A DNA stretch of 64,000 nucleotides from the human T2T-CHM13v2.0 reference genome, Homo sapiens, in NCBI RefSeq assembly GCF_009914755.1, contig NC_060939.1; one strand, given 5' to 3'. Made by a program: the position numbers and the translations under genes. Every line of letters starts with the position of its first letter. Position 1 is the first letter of the stretch. Shown here piece by piece: positions 13,847 to 27,960 of this stretch. The notes beneath the pieces are model-generated. The model saw only the letters and a list, made by a program, of their open reading frames with translations. It had not been told where the DNA came from and ran no database searches.

Positions 13847-14779
13847 TTCTAGAGGACCCAAGGGACAAGGCATGGAACTCCAGTGCAAGCCGGAGAACCT
13901 TGGAAGTTTCTAGGGCTGACTGGTAACCCTGATCTGATAGCTCCATTTCTGCTTCATTTTCTACACTTGCCTCATCTCTAGATTGAGAGGGTTGGCCTGA
14001 ACTGGACAAAAAAAATTCAAGGTAGCAACAGGCAAAAGAGGCCCTCTGAACCTGTGTCAGAGGACACAGGTCCTCTGAACCCATTTTACAGTCTCACAGA
14101 GTCCTAAGCCCTGGAAAGCTGGGCAGGGTCGTGGGGCTGCAGAGCCCCGGGAGCTTATCTATGGCTTCGAGACCCCAAGAGTCACTCAGTTACACCCCGG
14201 AGTTCTGGGTCTTCAAAGCCTATGGAACGGCATCACAAACAACAGAGCAAGCAGCCATAGATAGTGACTGGAGAGAAAAACAAGCATGTACAGAGTGAGG
14301 GTGAGAAAAAGCCACATTTGGGCAGAGCAGGTGGAGAAGTTTGGGGAAAAGCTAGCACATTCAGGCTGCACTTACTGGATATGACCTTTAGGAAAATAAA
14401 CTTGAATTCTGTGACTCTGATATCATCTTTTTAACTTCATCAAGAGAACCTTAAACAGAACAATGCCTTCTTCCTTCCTCAGTTACCCTTTTGGTCAAAT
14501 TGTTTAGTCTAGGAGGAATTAACAAGTTGCTAGAAAAAGAAAGGGGAGTCTCTTGGGGTGGGGGAGGGGGGTGAGACACACTGTATCCAACAGCACAAAT
14601 CTCAGCGCTGCTTTTCCCGGCAGCAGGGTCATCCTGCTGCATGCAACAGGTCACAGGAATGACGGTGTTGTGATTTAGCTGGCTGCACATTTAGATTTGG
14701 TTATTCTGAGCTGGGAGACAAGAAGACAGAAATTGCAGTTCTCCTTTTGGCCTAACAGAAAAATGTTAAGTATCCTTAC

Positions 14780-14868
14780 TGCTCAGGTTTATCCAGCAGC
14801 TTCAGTTCTTCTTCTTTGGATGTCTCGTAATACTTTCTTATTTTAACCAGCTCATCCTCTTGGGCTCT
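14780..14868 (-). CDS. FMN1: Formin-1 coding exon, 89 nt ([29 protein letters not shown] + 2 nt)
   Basis: Acceptor ttttgatacag, donor GCA|gtaagg. Phase 0 to 2; ends in the FH2 LDKPEQF motif. Confidence 0.96.
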
Positions 14869-14936
14869 CTGTATCAAAATAGAAAACAAAACCAAAAAAA
14901 AAAAAAAAAAAAAGGGAAGTGAGACTCTGGCTATGG

Positions 14937-15121
14937 CAGTGGGTCTCAAAGTCTCGAAGTGTGGTTCCTAGACTAGCAGCATCAACAACATCACCTGTCA
15001 CTTGTCAGAAATGCAAATTATTGGCCCACCCTAGACACAAGAACTTGGGGTGTGGGTGGGGGTGGGGGGATGCAAGCCCACTGGGTGATTCTGATGCATG
15101 CTCAAGTTTGAGATTCAATGC
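14937..15121. mobile_element. MER5A-like hAT-Charlie element
   Basis: cagtgggtctcaaagt...cagcagcatc-like...agaaatgcaaatt...ggtgattctgatgcatgctcaagtttgaga. Confidence 0.75.
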
Positions 15122-16199
15122 AAATGGACCTAACAAGTACACGCAGCTGGACACAGAAGTACAGCTATTTGAGCTCTACTTTTGAATCCCCCATCTCTTC
15201 CTCTGTAAGGAGGCTGGGGGAATATTGTTCTTAGAATTTGTTTCCTTACTCTTAGAACAGCCCTAAATTATATGAACTCGCAGCTCTTTCATTTCTAGTC
15301 AACAACGTCCCTTTTTCCAAATTTCGTAAGCACTCATTGTCTGTACCACTTATTTTGGCATTGAGTCACTTACTTTCTCAATTTATCCAACTATTTCAGT
15401 TGAATGAAGCTTATCTCTACTGTGAGCTAACAAGCGGCAACCATGTGCTTAGTCCTGAGCTCATGGTAACAACACAAAGCATCTGGAAGGTACTGCCTTT
15501 GACAAAGTTCTTTAACATGAACCACTGTATCCTCATTTTACAGATTATTCCACTGAGGCTTGTACTAAGCAACTGTTAAAGAGCTTCAGACTTGGAACTC
15601 CCTCTTTCTGCCTCTATACCTTGCTGACCTCCAAGTATTCAAGTGCATAATTAGCTCCCAATGGCCTGGTATTTGTGTACTTTCTGGTTTATTAACGAAA
15701 GCTTTACTAGTGGAAACGTGAGAAGTTCCGACCCACTTGTACTAAGTAGCTCCTGATACATATAAAGATGTGAAAATGAGCAAGGAATTGGTGATGCCAC
15801 CAAGCCTAGACTATTAGACTATGGAAATCTTCTGTAAGAAACTTAAGGTCCCAGGGGACATAAATATGAAACGAATCATCTTTTGAACTGGTGACCACAG
15901 TACACTATAGAGCCCTAGACAGCTTCCTGGGAAATACCATTACTTAAGAGAATGTGGTTCAATCTATGTTTTTGTAGCCTAACAGTCAGTGAACCAAAAC
16001 AATGAACAATCATGGGAATTCTGACTCTCCTGTGTTGTCTTCTCAAGAGAGCCTGACAATTCTGCTGGTTATGTCCACTTAAAACCCAAATCAAAAACCT
16101 TATATGTGTACAGTCCTGTTGACTTTCAAAATACATTGCTACTGCTACATATATTAAATCCTCATTTGACTAAAAAAAAAAAATCAGAGCCTACTATAA

Positions 16200-16350
16200 T
16201 CCCCGCTATACTGATGATCACAACGGGATTAAGAAGTTTAAGTAACTAGCCCAAGGTCACTTAGCAGGCAATGGTAGACACAGCTGGACCTCAAACCTAA
16301 GACTGTCTCATTCTAAATCCAAAACACATACCTACCATTCTACACACCTT
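16200..16350 (-). mobile_element. MIR fragment
   Basis: gtttaagtaactagcccaaggtcac...ggacctcaaacctaagactgtct resembles the MIR core. Confidence 0.65.
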
Positions 16351-16763
16351 CCCACATTCAATATCATCAACTCATTTGGACTAAGAGTAATCATCCAAGC
16401 TGGTATTAGCAGTCCCATTCTTCAGAAGTAGACACCAGTGCACGCTATCATTTCAGTAGGCAGCTTACCTTCATTCACTTGGCCAGCAAGTGACAGGACT
16501 GGGTTCCAGGGCACGTAAATGGTGTCCACCTGAGATGCCCTGCCTTGCAAGTGTGCAATGAGATCTGCTAGCCCAGATACCACAGTGGGAGTCAGGAATC
16601 TAGTGCTTCTCACATCCACTCCCATTCAAGCTTGTGTTTCTATGCCTTAATCTCTTCCAGGCCACGTCAAAACCCTTACTACCAAAGAACATGAACAGCT
16701 CAGTCATTTCTCAGGTAGAAGATAAATATGGAAATACTAGCTCTGTAAGTCTTTGACACTCAC

Positions 16764-16825
16764 GTTTTCATATAAGGCTGCCAGGGTCTCCAGATCAACC
16801 ACGGAGTCATCCACATTGAAAATGG
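16764..16825 (-). CDS. FMN1: Formin-1 coding exon, 62 nt ((A)IFNVDDSVVDLETLAALYEN)
   Basis: Acceptor cttggcag, donor AAC|gtgagt. First 2 nt (CC) complete GCC with the G of the previous exon. Phase 1 to 0. Confidence 0.96.
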
Positions 16826-18654
16826 CTGCCAAGCACCCAAAAAGAAAAGAGGATAAGGGATTTGATTAGGTCCCCTGCACCAATGTTTACTCCACATCCA
16901 GCTTCCAAGCAATTAACAGAGTATTGCGTTTTCTTACACAAGCTGTGCCTCTCTGCTCCCCTTCCTTTCGCACCAGGGGTCTCAAATGAAAGAAACCAAA
17001 ATGGTTCCTATCATTGGCCTGAGCCTTGGCTCTGCCTTGTTTAATTCCTCAGGCTCTGAGTCCTTTCTGCAGTTTAATTTAGGCTCCACAGGAGAAGTGT
17101 TTGTGCTTTAAAACTAAATCAGTTTGTAGGTTTGAAGCACAATTTTAAATCTTTCTTCCCGATGGTAATTGAAGAGATTTAGTACCTAATGCACCAGAAC
17201 TGACTCTTGCCCATTACCAGAAAGAAAGAGAGAAAAAAGACAATGTTGGCAAATTAAATGAATTCAGGCATGTGATTTCAGGCACCTTTCCGTGGCCACT
17301 GCCAACATCTTGTTTGGATTAAAAAGACAAGAAAAAACAATAATTGCATCAATAGCAAATTAAGATTATGGAAACCTCCCATGAGCCAGTCTTCAGGCAG
17401 GCTCTCATTCCCATGGCTTTATTAGGATTCTACTTGTTCTGTATTATTTAAGATTAATTTAGCCGTTAACTAATATGCTTATGATTTCATCTAGAGAGGT
17501 ACCTTCCCATAGATACTGGGATGCAAAAATTGAGACTTAAAATCCTTAATGGATTTGGCTATCGAAGTGTTTGAAATAAGCAGGTCCACATCTTTAAATA
17601 ATTATTCAAAACTAATAAGGTTTGTTCCCTCAACCCTACCTCCCTTCCCTGACTTTACATTGTGAAATTAACCAGCACGCTAGTAAATTTTCTCCGTGGC
17701 AGGCTAATTAATTTTATTAAACCAACCAGTGATACTTAGAATGCCTTAAAATTTTGCTCGTCAACTATTTATTCTGTTCATTTGCATTACACCATGGTTT
17801 TTGGGAAGGTGGGGACCAAGGTAAGGGGCAGGTTGTTTTTGAGGTATTTTGCTTCTTCTGTGGTTTAGAATCACATGAACCCTTTCATACAATTTTAACA
17901 AAGCTAAAATTAACTGAGCTAAGATCATGGAACCTCACAGAACAGCAAGAAATGTACTTAAAATTCCTTTGCAGGCCACCTTCTCAAACTTAGGGGTTAA
18001 TCAGCAAGCTATTCCTAGATACATGGAACAGAGAGAAAAGAGGAGGTTAATATGCTAGAGTCAAAGTAAGTCACCTCAGATTCCACCAAGACAAAGGAAC
18101 ATCACACATCCACAAAGGCCAATGTGAAACCAGTAAAGAAAAATGCAGTTTAAGGACAGAAAGAAAGGATTTGTCCTCTCAAGACTGTTATTTTGTGTGT
18201 GGAGATCACATAAATCCACTAATTTGTCAGACACAACAGGCATTTTTAAATGTCTAGTGCGTTGAAAACCAAAATAGCCAGAAACAATGTCTATTTTATG
18301 TAAATCTCAGTATTCTCTCACAAAAATCAACCAACATGAGCGCATAAGAAAAGGTCAAATTCTAAACAATAATCTACCAAAAATGTTTACATGTTAACTA
18401 ATCATGCATCCTGGGTAACTATATATTACAAGCTTAGATATAATCAAATAATCTTAACTAATGAGAAAGAGAATGACCTGTGAGTTTCTTTTCCTAGTAA
18501 GTAAATACTCAGTTTTTAAAAGTTAATCAGTCTGGGGCCCAGGCACACAGTTCCTCAGATGGTATTGTCAGCTGTGCCCCTTCCAGTGTGTTCAGTAGCA
18601 GAAAAATAACACCCAGAGAGGTTGGGACTGAGAACAACCATGGGCTCTGAAGAC

Positions 18655-19070
18655 ATGGATTCATTCATTCCTCCATCCAGCCCTTGAATAAGTATTTGTT
18701 GGATGTGTACAGGATCTGTTCTAAATACTGTGGATTTTTAAGTTAGAAGTGCAAAGTACTTAATTAATCTCATGAAATTTATATCCCAGTCTGGGGACAG
18801 AAAATAAACAAGTAAATACATAATTTCAGATAACAATTTACTATGAAGAAAGTAAAACAGAGAAATGTACAACATTAGACAGAAGGCTCAAGGAAGGCTT
18901 CTTTGGGAGGTGACATTTAAGAGAAGACCTGCAGAGATCAGTTTTGTGGCTATCTTGGAGAATAACGTCCCAGGGAGAGGTAACTGCAAAGACAAGTTTC
19001 TTTTTCTGAAGGAACACATTCAAGGTATAGAAAAAAAAAAATCAAGGTGACTATCATGGACAGAGCAAAA
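18655..19070 (-). mobile_element. L2 3' fragment
   Basis: cattcattc end, aagtatttgttggatg, ggaaggcttctttgggaggtgacatttaag. Boundaries approximate. Confidence 0.6.
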
Positions 19071-22000
19071 TTTACTCATTGTGTGATCCTGACATGTTAA
19101 ATTTTCTGAGCTTCAGCATATCTATAAAACAGCTCTAATACCACTTAGTGAAAATATTAAGTGAGGTAAGATATATGCTTAGCATAGCACGTAGAACATG
19201 GTATAAGCCCAAAATGGTATATATGAGCTATTACTATCATGATTTCAAATATATACATTGTAAATGTGTTTTAATGCTTGTTAATGCCTTATCCCCTTTA
19301 ACATCTGGAAAGAGTTAGAGAAAGAAAACTACAACTACTGAGTGATTTGTGCTGTAAATGCAACCTTCCCGAATTCTTAGGTGTTTCTGATCGCGGTTAC
19401 TAGGAAACCCTTCCAGTCCTTTAAAACCCCACTCAAGACCCAACTTCAGAAAGCATTATTAACAGGAAAGGTCTATGACACAGAACTCTAATTACAAAAA
19501 ATAATGGATCAAGTGTCTTAAGGGAAATGCCAGGTACCTCCAAGTCTGTATTATCATATTTTTATCTATAATTTCAATATTTCTCATCAATCCATCCTTC
19601 ATTGTACCAAGGTTACTTTTTAAAAACATGGATTTCAAAATTTTACTGTGATGCTTAACATACCTCCAATATCTTCCTTTAAACACTCGGCGAAGTCTAA
19701 ACTCCTTGGCCTGGTTGTTAAGCTCATTCCCTGCCTCGCCTCAATTACACTTCCAAACTCATCTCCTACCATGTTCTCCATGCACCATGGGTTCCAGTCA
19801 CCCTGTGTCCTTCCCCATTCCTGAACATGCCATGGCTTCCTCCCTTTCTTCATCTCTCCATGGCACAGAGGTCAAAGCCCTGGAAGGACATCCTTTGACC
19901 CTCACATCATTAAGTCCTCAATCTTTTCCTCTGCCATGGTACCTCTCTCATATTTTACATAAGGTGAAGATGGTATACTTTAAGAATCTGTGGTATGTTG
20001 CATAACTGTTTCCTTCTCCCAGTAGACTGTGAAAGCCTTGCAGTCAGCAGTTGATTTCTTAAGCATCTTGATAACTGTCTCCCAGCATGGTACCAGGGGT
20101 GTAGCATGTATAACATAGATGTTTGTGGGTATAATTATACCATACGACTCCTGAAGACTGAGTCCTGCTGATGGGAGGAAAAGCTTCTTGACAAAGAGAA
20201 CATAGGGTCTTAAAAAGAAACCAGAGAGCCTCTAAAGGGGCACAGCCTTATAAGGCATGTATCTGAATCATGGTTGTTTGCTTCTTCCCAATTTGACCCT
20301 GTCCAAAAATCAAGGTTTGGCCAGCAGTTACATAATTGTGCCCCCAACTCACACACTCGGTGTAGATTATACCGCTTGCCTGAATACTCCCTAACAAAAA
20401 TAATTAACTTCAAAGATGAGTTTTCTCATTATTAGGGAATGAATAAGGAAAATATCTTTCCTTATTCAAAAAAGTTTTAAATAGCTGTATCTCCTTAGGA
20501 AAAATGTTGAGTAAAAGTTCAACTATTATATTGCTTTAGGCAGACACTGAAAACACTAATCTATTAATCACCAATAATTAAGCTAAATTCATCCATGCAA
20601 TGACAATTTGTAAGTATGCAATACGTGCCAGTGAACGTAAACTGGAAGGATACAAAACATTCCAGCTAGAAGCAGCAGATAATAGGCTCACAAAATGTTT
20701 AGGCAATGGCAGGTAGTTCAATTTTGGTTTGAAGAGAGACTTAATTAAAGGGACTAGAAAGATACACTCCAAACATAGTTTGGGGTAAAACCTTGTAGAA
20801 TTTTGAATGCCACGATGAACCTGTAATACACTTGTTATACAGGAGAGAGCTGTTGAGCAGTTATGAATGGAGGAGTAAATTGGACAAAATTATATTACAC
20901 ACACAAAAAGTCAAAATTTGAAAAGACTAATTTAGAATCTATTGTAATGGGCAAGAGGTAGCAAAAACTTGAATAGTGTGGACAGAAAGGATAGGGCAAA
21001 AAAGAAAGACACTACAGAGCACTATTATAGTGACATTGCTAACTAGCTCTGGGGACTTAGCCTGAAACCACTCTGAGGCTTTGAGCCTAGGTTTAGGGGA
21101 AGAGCTTTGTACCATCCCCCCAGAAACAGGCAGAGGAGTCTAAGAGGTGAGCATGACTACTGATCTGTCCCCCAGGGACTGGGAAAGGAATGGAGTAGAG
21201 AGGAAAGGACAGGTAAAAGAAGTAGATAAACAGATGAACTTAGGGCCAATGCCAAGTATTCCACTGAAGTTTCTCCTCTTCCACGGAAGGATCTTAAAAA
21301 TAAAATCTAAAAAGTAAAAGAAAATTCAGAGGTAGCAGAAGCAATATCAAGAGATTGATACTGAGCCTAGAACTTATGGAGATTAAATTAGTTGTATTAT
21401 TTCTAATAATATTGGCCTGGGAAGGTTAGGGTATCAGCCAGAAGTCTGAAAAATAAAAAGGCCTACCAAGTCCTAGGATGCCTAAGAGAACTGCCTTACA
21501 TGTACATAATCCCATGTCTTAGTCACCAAATATAGTTTAGGTTCCTAGAGAGCCAGAATCCACACCTGATAATTCTATTCTCAAAATACTGGAACAACGT
21601 ATTAGAGAATCAATGAATGCTCTCCGATTAAGTCATTCTTGCAAGCACTTACCATTAAACTTATTAGCCATTACATAAGCCCAATTAATTAGTTAACTAA
21701 TTTGTAATCATAATGATCACAATGTGGAAAGAAGTCAGTCTTCAACTAAACTATTTTCGGCGTCACCCAAGATCAGATCGCTCCCTCCATTTTATACTTT
21801 GAAAACACTCACTTTCTGTCTCTGTCTCTTCCACGCATGTGTGTGCACACAGGCACACCGCTCATAAACTGAACCAACAAATACAAGCCTATGCAATTTT
21901 ACAGCAAGCCTCAAAGCTCTGATACAGTAATTCCAAGTAATCCTACTTTTGTTTCCATCTGTATAGGTCTCATTATACTAACACTCCTGCAGATGGTGTC

Positions 22001-23784
22001 AGAAAGGTGAAGTGTCAAGTCCACAAAGGGGAGACCCCAACAGCTCATTGCTACTGCAATATCAATCACTGCTGGTGGTTTTTACTTTTATCTCCTTCCC
22101 TCCTTAGTTGTCCCACTCACACTGTCAGTTCGGTTAGAATATTTCACCTACACCTCACAATATGTCAAAAGGAAGTAGACACACGCTGTGAAAAGCTGGT
22201 AATTTTATTAGATTCCTTTACCTTTAAAAATCTGTTACTTGGTCAAGTCTGGTTTCTGGGCTTCTTTTTTGCAGGGAAATTGAGGCAAACATTTTTATGT
22301 GGTCCTCTGGTGCCTGCTCTGTACCACAAGAATTATATACACAAGGATCATTAGAGTAGTGTTTCGCCCATTAAGATATAATAACCGTCAGCAGGGACAA
22401 AAAGCAGATCAGTATCACAAATTCAAACTAACAGGCACACATAAAAACTATGTGCCTGCTTTAGGGCACATGCAAGGGGTCAGGGTCTCATACAACAGGG
22501 AAAATTCCCCCTCCGGGTAAGAGATGGCTTTTCACAAGACCAGGGTTAAGTAGAAAGAACATGCAGGATTCTCTCAGCTCTCCAGCCATTTTTCAACCCT
22601 GAACACTTCTCTCTCCAAGTGTACCATGCCCATATAAACAAAGAATGCACTTGCTGTTCGAAGGGCTTCTAATGAGTAAAAAGACAGGCAGAGTTATTTA
22701 AGGGAGTTGTTCTCTTTGACTGAGGGAGCACCTCTGAGCAAGAAGCATGGGACACGGTGGTGAGAAAGGCATACCTTGTATAGTCTGTTAAGATTAGCCA
22801 AAGTAAATCTGGTCATCCGAAGTGTGGGAGATGCCACAGGTAGGTAGGGTTGGGTTGGCTCACCAGGTTTCGGCTGACGGTGGTTTTGAGAATGATTTGT
22901 ACGTAGCCTGTTTTATTCTTCTTTTTATTTCCTTAAGTGACTGATGTAAGCCTCTTGCACAAAGCGGGTATGTAATAATGTTTTGCAAATGGACTAGATA
23001 TAGTCTGGTCCAGCCCAGGAAAGCAAAGTTTGATAGGATTACTTGACTCTATTAGCAGAAATTATTTTGTTTACAATGTTAACTCTGCAACAGCCAAAAT
23101 AAAACTTAGCTGCTTTGCCCAAAATACTGGTATTTTTCAGAACTCGACAGAAATTCAATCAGTAAGAGAAAGAGAACAGAGCAGGGAAAGAAATATAGAA
23201 GGACTTGGTTTTTTGAAACTCTCATGTCACCTATATCCCACAAAACTCTGACAAACCTACTCCGTGACCTCTACAAAGGCAACGATAACATGGGGTTCAT
23301 GGGAAGAGGCAGTAGTACAATCTGAGAGTTGAGGAAAGGGAAGGCAGAAACATCTTCCCACAGTTTTCCCTCCCAACAATGAGGTCATCCTTGAGAGCAA
23401 ACACCAAGTCTATGAAAAAAACTGCAAGAAGTGGAAAGAAGGGGAGCCAGTAGAGAGGGGTGTGGAGCGTGGAAGGACCACTCGGAGGCAAGGCCAGGGG
23501 ACCGTACAGATCTGCTCCCGCTGAAGAGCTCTGTAACAAGCCTCTTCAAAATGGTCATAGTTCTCCTACAACCTATACCTTGTGTTTCTCCTACTGGACA
23601 CTAGGTTCCACCTCCAATAAGCACCAGGCCTACCTGTGCAAACCCAGATATGCACAAATCCTCACTCTATGCAAGTATCCAAATGAGACGCTTAAGGGCA
23701 CCAATTAAGTAGCAGCTTAAAAGAATCTCTGTCCACTCCACCACAGGGTGAGGACAGCAGGCAGACTTTATTGGGGATTAATAC

Positions 23785-23940
23785 TTAATAACTGATAGAA
23801 TTTATTGGCAGCTTCCTCTGTACCAGGCATTGTTCTAAGTGTTTTGTATTTAATCATATGAGGCGGGTGCGTTTGTTGTTTCTAGTTTTACAGATGATGA
23901 AACTAAGGCACAAAGTCACACTGCTTGGTTTCCCAAGCTC
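23785..23940 (-). mobile_element. MIR fragment
   Basis: taccaggcattgttctaagtg...ttttacagatgatgaaactaaggcaca. Confidence 0.7.
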
Positions 23941-26900
23941 AATTCGACAACCACCCCAACTATCCTCCAAGGCAGTGGTAATTTACTGGACAAAGATTGT
24001 ACTTCATTTTCATAGATGTCAGGCTATAAATAATCATTCCACTTAAAATCCTTACCATCTAAAAAAAGTTTCAATGAATTAACCAATTAAGAACAAACTA
24101 CCCACAAAAGGCTACAAAGAAACCAGGGTCTCTAAATGGCATCATATGCTTTTTACATTGATCAGCAATCCCAGAGTGGGAAGCACATACAGCCCATGTT
24201 ATGAAAATTTCATTTATTTAGTATATACATTCATAGTTCCACCATTATTTAATTCATGCTAATACATGGTTCACTTCTAATACGCTATTGCAACATATGC
24301 AATGAAATGATTAAGCTTTAATCTTTGTTACAAACTATTTGCAGTTCTTCAAAAATAATCAATATTGCAGCTAAGGCACAGCAGACAGAATTTCTTTAAA
24401 AAAAAAAGAAACCTGGAACTTGAAAATACCTTACCTTAAATAAGAAGAAAATAAAATCTCTAGTAACATAAAGTCTAATTTTCTTGAGTATATAACAATA
24501 ATTGTAATTTTACACTGCATGCCAAAACTGACTAACAAGGAAAACTAAGGCACACAGCACACGAAGAAACACAAACAAAAGTTGCATCCAAACAGATAAA
24601 AAAAAAATCAAGAGACTATAGTATAGTTTATAATCTTATCTAAATTGCTAAATGCCTGCTATTGTGTCATGTTAACCTGGGCTCTGATGGAGTAAGAGAC
24701 AAGTATAAAACACACAGTGAACAGGAGCTGCCTGGGTGGTGGAAGAAATGGACAATCGCAAAAGGGATACTTATCTAATCTATTACAAAACTTCAAAATC
24801 ACTCAATCTCATAAAGCAAAAATCCAAATTGTCTCCTAAGTCCAGGCATGTACTATGCCTCAAGTTGCCCAAGGTCTCCTTTTACAGGCGCAATTAAGAT
24901 TGTCCATGGTTCAAACCTCAAAGAAGGGCACAGGGCATAGAATTCACAAAACTTCCCCTTCTATATCCCCTCTATTCTCCAGAGGGCAGTGGAATGAGAA
25001 ACAGTTTGGGTTAAGCTGCTTCTGTTCGTCCATTAGTTCTGGTTCTTTTAAGCCAAAATTACATTCCAGGCAGATTGGATGGTCTCAGCCAGTTGCCTGA
25101 AGGTAAAGTACAAAGAAATGCCACCCTCTGCTTTCTGGACTCAGCTCTGCGAGTGAAGGAATGCAGAATGGTTTAGAAAGGGTAGGTGGGAGCCCCGCTG
25201 CTTAGGTGTTTTAGACACAGCAGGAAGGAGGAAAAGGTGGAAAAGGAAAGGAAAATATTAGAGTGACTACTTATATTTATCTAACATTTTAAAAAATTTA
25301 GCTCTACCTATATTTAATAAGTTAATTGAAACTGCCCATTTATTTAGTCTGTATGTCAGCAGGTCAGGGTCACATGGCACTTTTGGTGGATAAACTCTTT
25401 CAGACGTGGCATGCTCACTTGTTCCTTTGCTTTCAACATATTGTGATGGGGGGGGTATTAAATGAAGTTTTCTTATTCTAAAATCTGGTTTTAACTAAAC
25501 TTCACAAAATAAACAAGTTGGCTTCAAAAGCCTCCTGCAGTGAAACCCCAGATTTAAGATAATCCATCAACAATAGGAAAATGGTAGAGCAGACACTTTG
25601 GTTGCTAGTACAAACTCTTCATCAGTTATGGAAGTGGGTAAAAACAAGGATAGCCAAATGGCACCCGCCAAGAAGTTGATCCCCATAAACAGAATTTATC
25701 ACTAAGGCTACTTAAAATGTGGGTTTAACTTCATTACTGTTAATAATGAGACTCATTGTAATCGCATATTGAGCCTTGAGATATCAGGCTCATAAGAACC
25801 CAAAGCCATCAAAATTAGCAAGACATTTAAAAATATTACTAATCTTATTTTAATTCATATTTTTTGCATATATTTTATAACATGCATATTAGTTATGTCC
25901 TACACTTATATTTTAGAAAATAGACCTTGAGAAACATGCACTCAAACTTTTTACTGTTGGGGTGCACGATAAAAAAATTCTGAAGACCAAAAGCCTTTTG
26001 AGTAGACACTCTTCTAGGCTAGACTGAGATTGTTCCTCAGGAAAGTCCTAGATAAGTTATGTTGGATTTCAGATGCCTGGTCAAATTCATTACGTTTTAG
26101 ACAACTTGCATAAACTTTGACAAAGATTTCTGGCAATTATTAAGGCAAAAGGAAACAAGGTCCAGCGGGCATTCTCAGACCTGGGTTTTAGACTCTGAGC
26201 ACATAGCTGACATCCCTTTTGTACACTTTGAACTGAGATTCCCAAACAGAAAGAAAGCCAATGTTGCAGCTGATCTCTCAAACTGACGTTCTGAACTAGT
26301 AAGAACTAAATAAAGGATGTTTTATCTTGATGTTATTTAAATATTATAAATATTAATTCTGCGTGTATGGGAAATTCCAAATGAATGCCAGGAGGTTTCT
26401 GGCATCTAGTCTGTTGCAATGCATATGAACGTTTATATCAAGAATAGTCAACAGCAATTTTCTATCTCCCCTGGGACAAGAATAAGAGGAACTCACTAAC
26501 ATGGAATGAAAACACTAATTTGCAATCATGTAGGCAGTCACTGTGACCAAGGATGCCAAATGCTTTTAAATATAAGTCATCCTATCTAGCAGATGGAAAA
26601 CCAGCAGTAAGTAGATTACTTATTCAGAGTCTCTCCTGGACCAAATGCAAGTGCTTTTGGTATTATGGTCACCCTCCTGAAACCATTCTTCCTCTACAAC
26701 CAAGGCTTTTCCTTTAGTGATTCAGTGTTTTCACTTCAGCCAGCATATGGATTTGGCTTTCTTTTACAAGACATCAAACACTATCTTGGGTAGAAATAAA
26801 GGGATAAAGGTTACTTTTGGGAGTATGTTATGTCTAACCTAGCCCTATCCGCTTACCACTAGCACAAAGGTAGATTTTTAGATGCTCACCGAACACTTTA

Positions 26901-27239
26901 GCTGAGATGTTTCCACTCATCTCACACTCAAATCATCCAAAACAGAATTTACCTTTATGCTTCAAGCCCTGCGTCTGCACCTGTGTTTTCAGTTTCTGGC
27001 TTGGGGCACCATTATACACATTCCTGCTGAAGCCAGAAACCCAAGGTACAGCCAAAAGTCTTCTGTATTACTCCTTGCATCTGATGTGAGCAACCGTAGC
27101 AATTCTCTCTCCAAATATCCCTCATACGTGGTCTCTTCTCTACATTTCTATAGACATAGCTTCAGTTCTGACCTTTGTCATTTATCATCTGAACAAACAC
27201 AATCCCTTCTAAAGGATTTCTCCACCTTCAGTCCTATTT

Positions 27240-27720
27240 TTCTTTATTCATTCAACAGGCACTTCATGATCATCACCTGGGTGCCAGACACAGGTGCAAG
27301 GTGCTGGGGATACATCAGTGAGCAGTCTCCTTCTCAGAGCTTATATTCTCGTGGTAGATGTAAATAAAAACATAAGTAGATGAACAAATAAAATATTAGT
27401 TGCTGTGAAGGAAATAAGAGTATTAAATTAGGATGACCTGTATTAGGGTGGGAGGACCTAGGCAGGCTCTCCTAGGAGGTGACATTTAAGCTGAAACCTA
27501 AAGAAAAACACCTAGCTACATAGAGAGTGGGGTGGAAAAGCGTTTCAAACAGAGGGAGCGTGCAGAACTGTTCATTCAAAATGTGTTGTGCATGCAATGA
27601 CAAAGAGTAAGAAAAGTACTTGGCCTCTGTAAGAAATCAAAGACCACTGTAGTTGGCTAGAGTGCAGTGAGATGAGATGCAGGTGGGACAAAGTGAAATA
27701 AGAGATCTATGTTTTGGCCA
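27240..27720 (-). mobile_element. L2 3' fragment
   Basis: ttattcattcaacagg...gtgccagacacagg...tgctggggatacatcagtgagc...ggaggtgacatttaagctga. Boundaries approximate. Confidence 0.65.
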
Positions 27721-27960
27721 AGCATGGAAAACATTAGAGGCCAGTCTTCCATGAACAGTGTGATAGATATTGCTGCATTCAAAATCAGATCACAACATGG
27801 CCCTTCTTAGATTTCTTGTCCCCATTACTGATGCAATAATATAAACATTTCTTGTGATGCTATTCATGATCTTCCTGGTCTGGATGCTGCTTGTGTTTCT
27901 TGCCTTCTACCTTAAAACAACCCACATTCATATATACAATCTATATACTCCAGCTGTGTC

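Noticed and set aside
22640-22930. CpG-containing stretch with donor-like motifs (cag|gtaggt on +, ctg|gtgagc on -)
   Set aside because: No matching acceptor, no recognisable peptide or RNA family.
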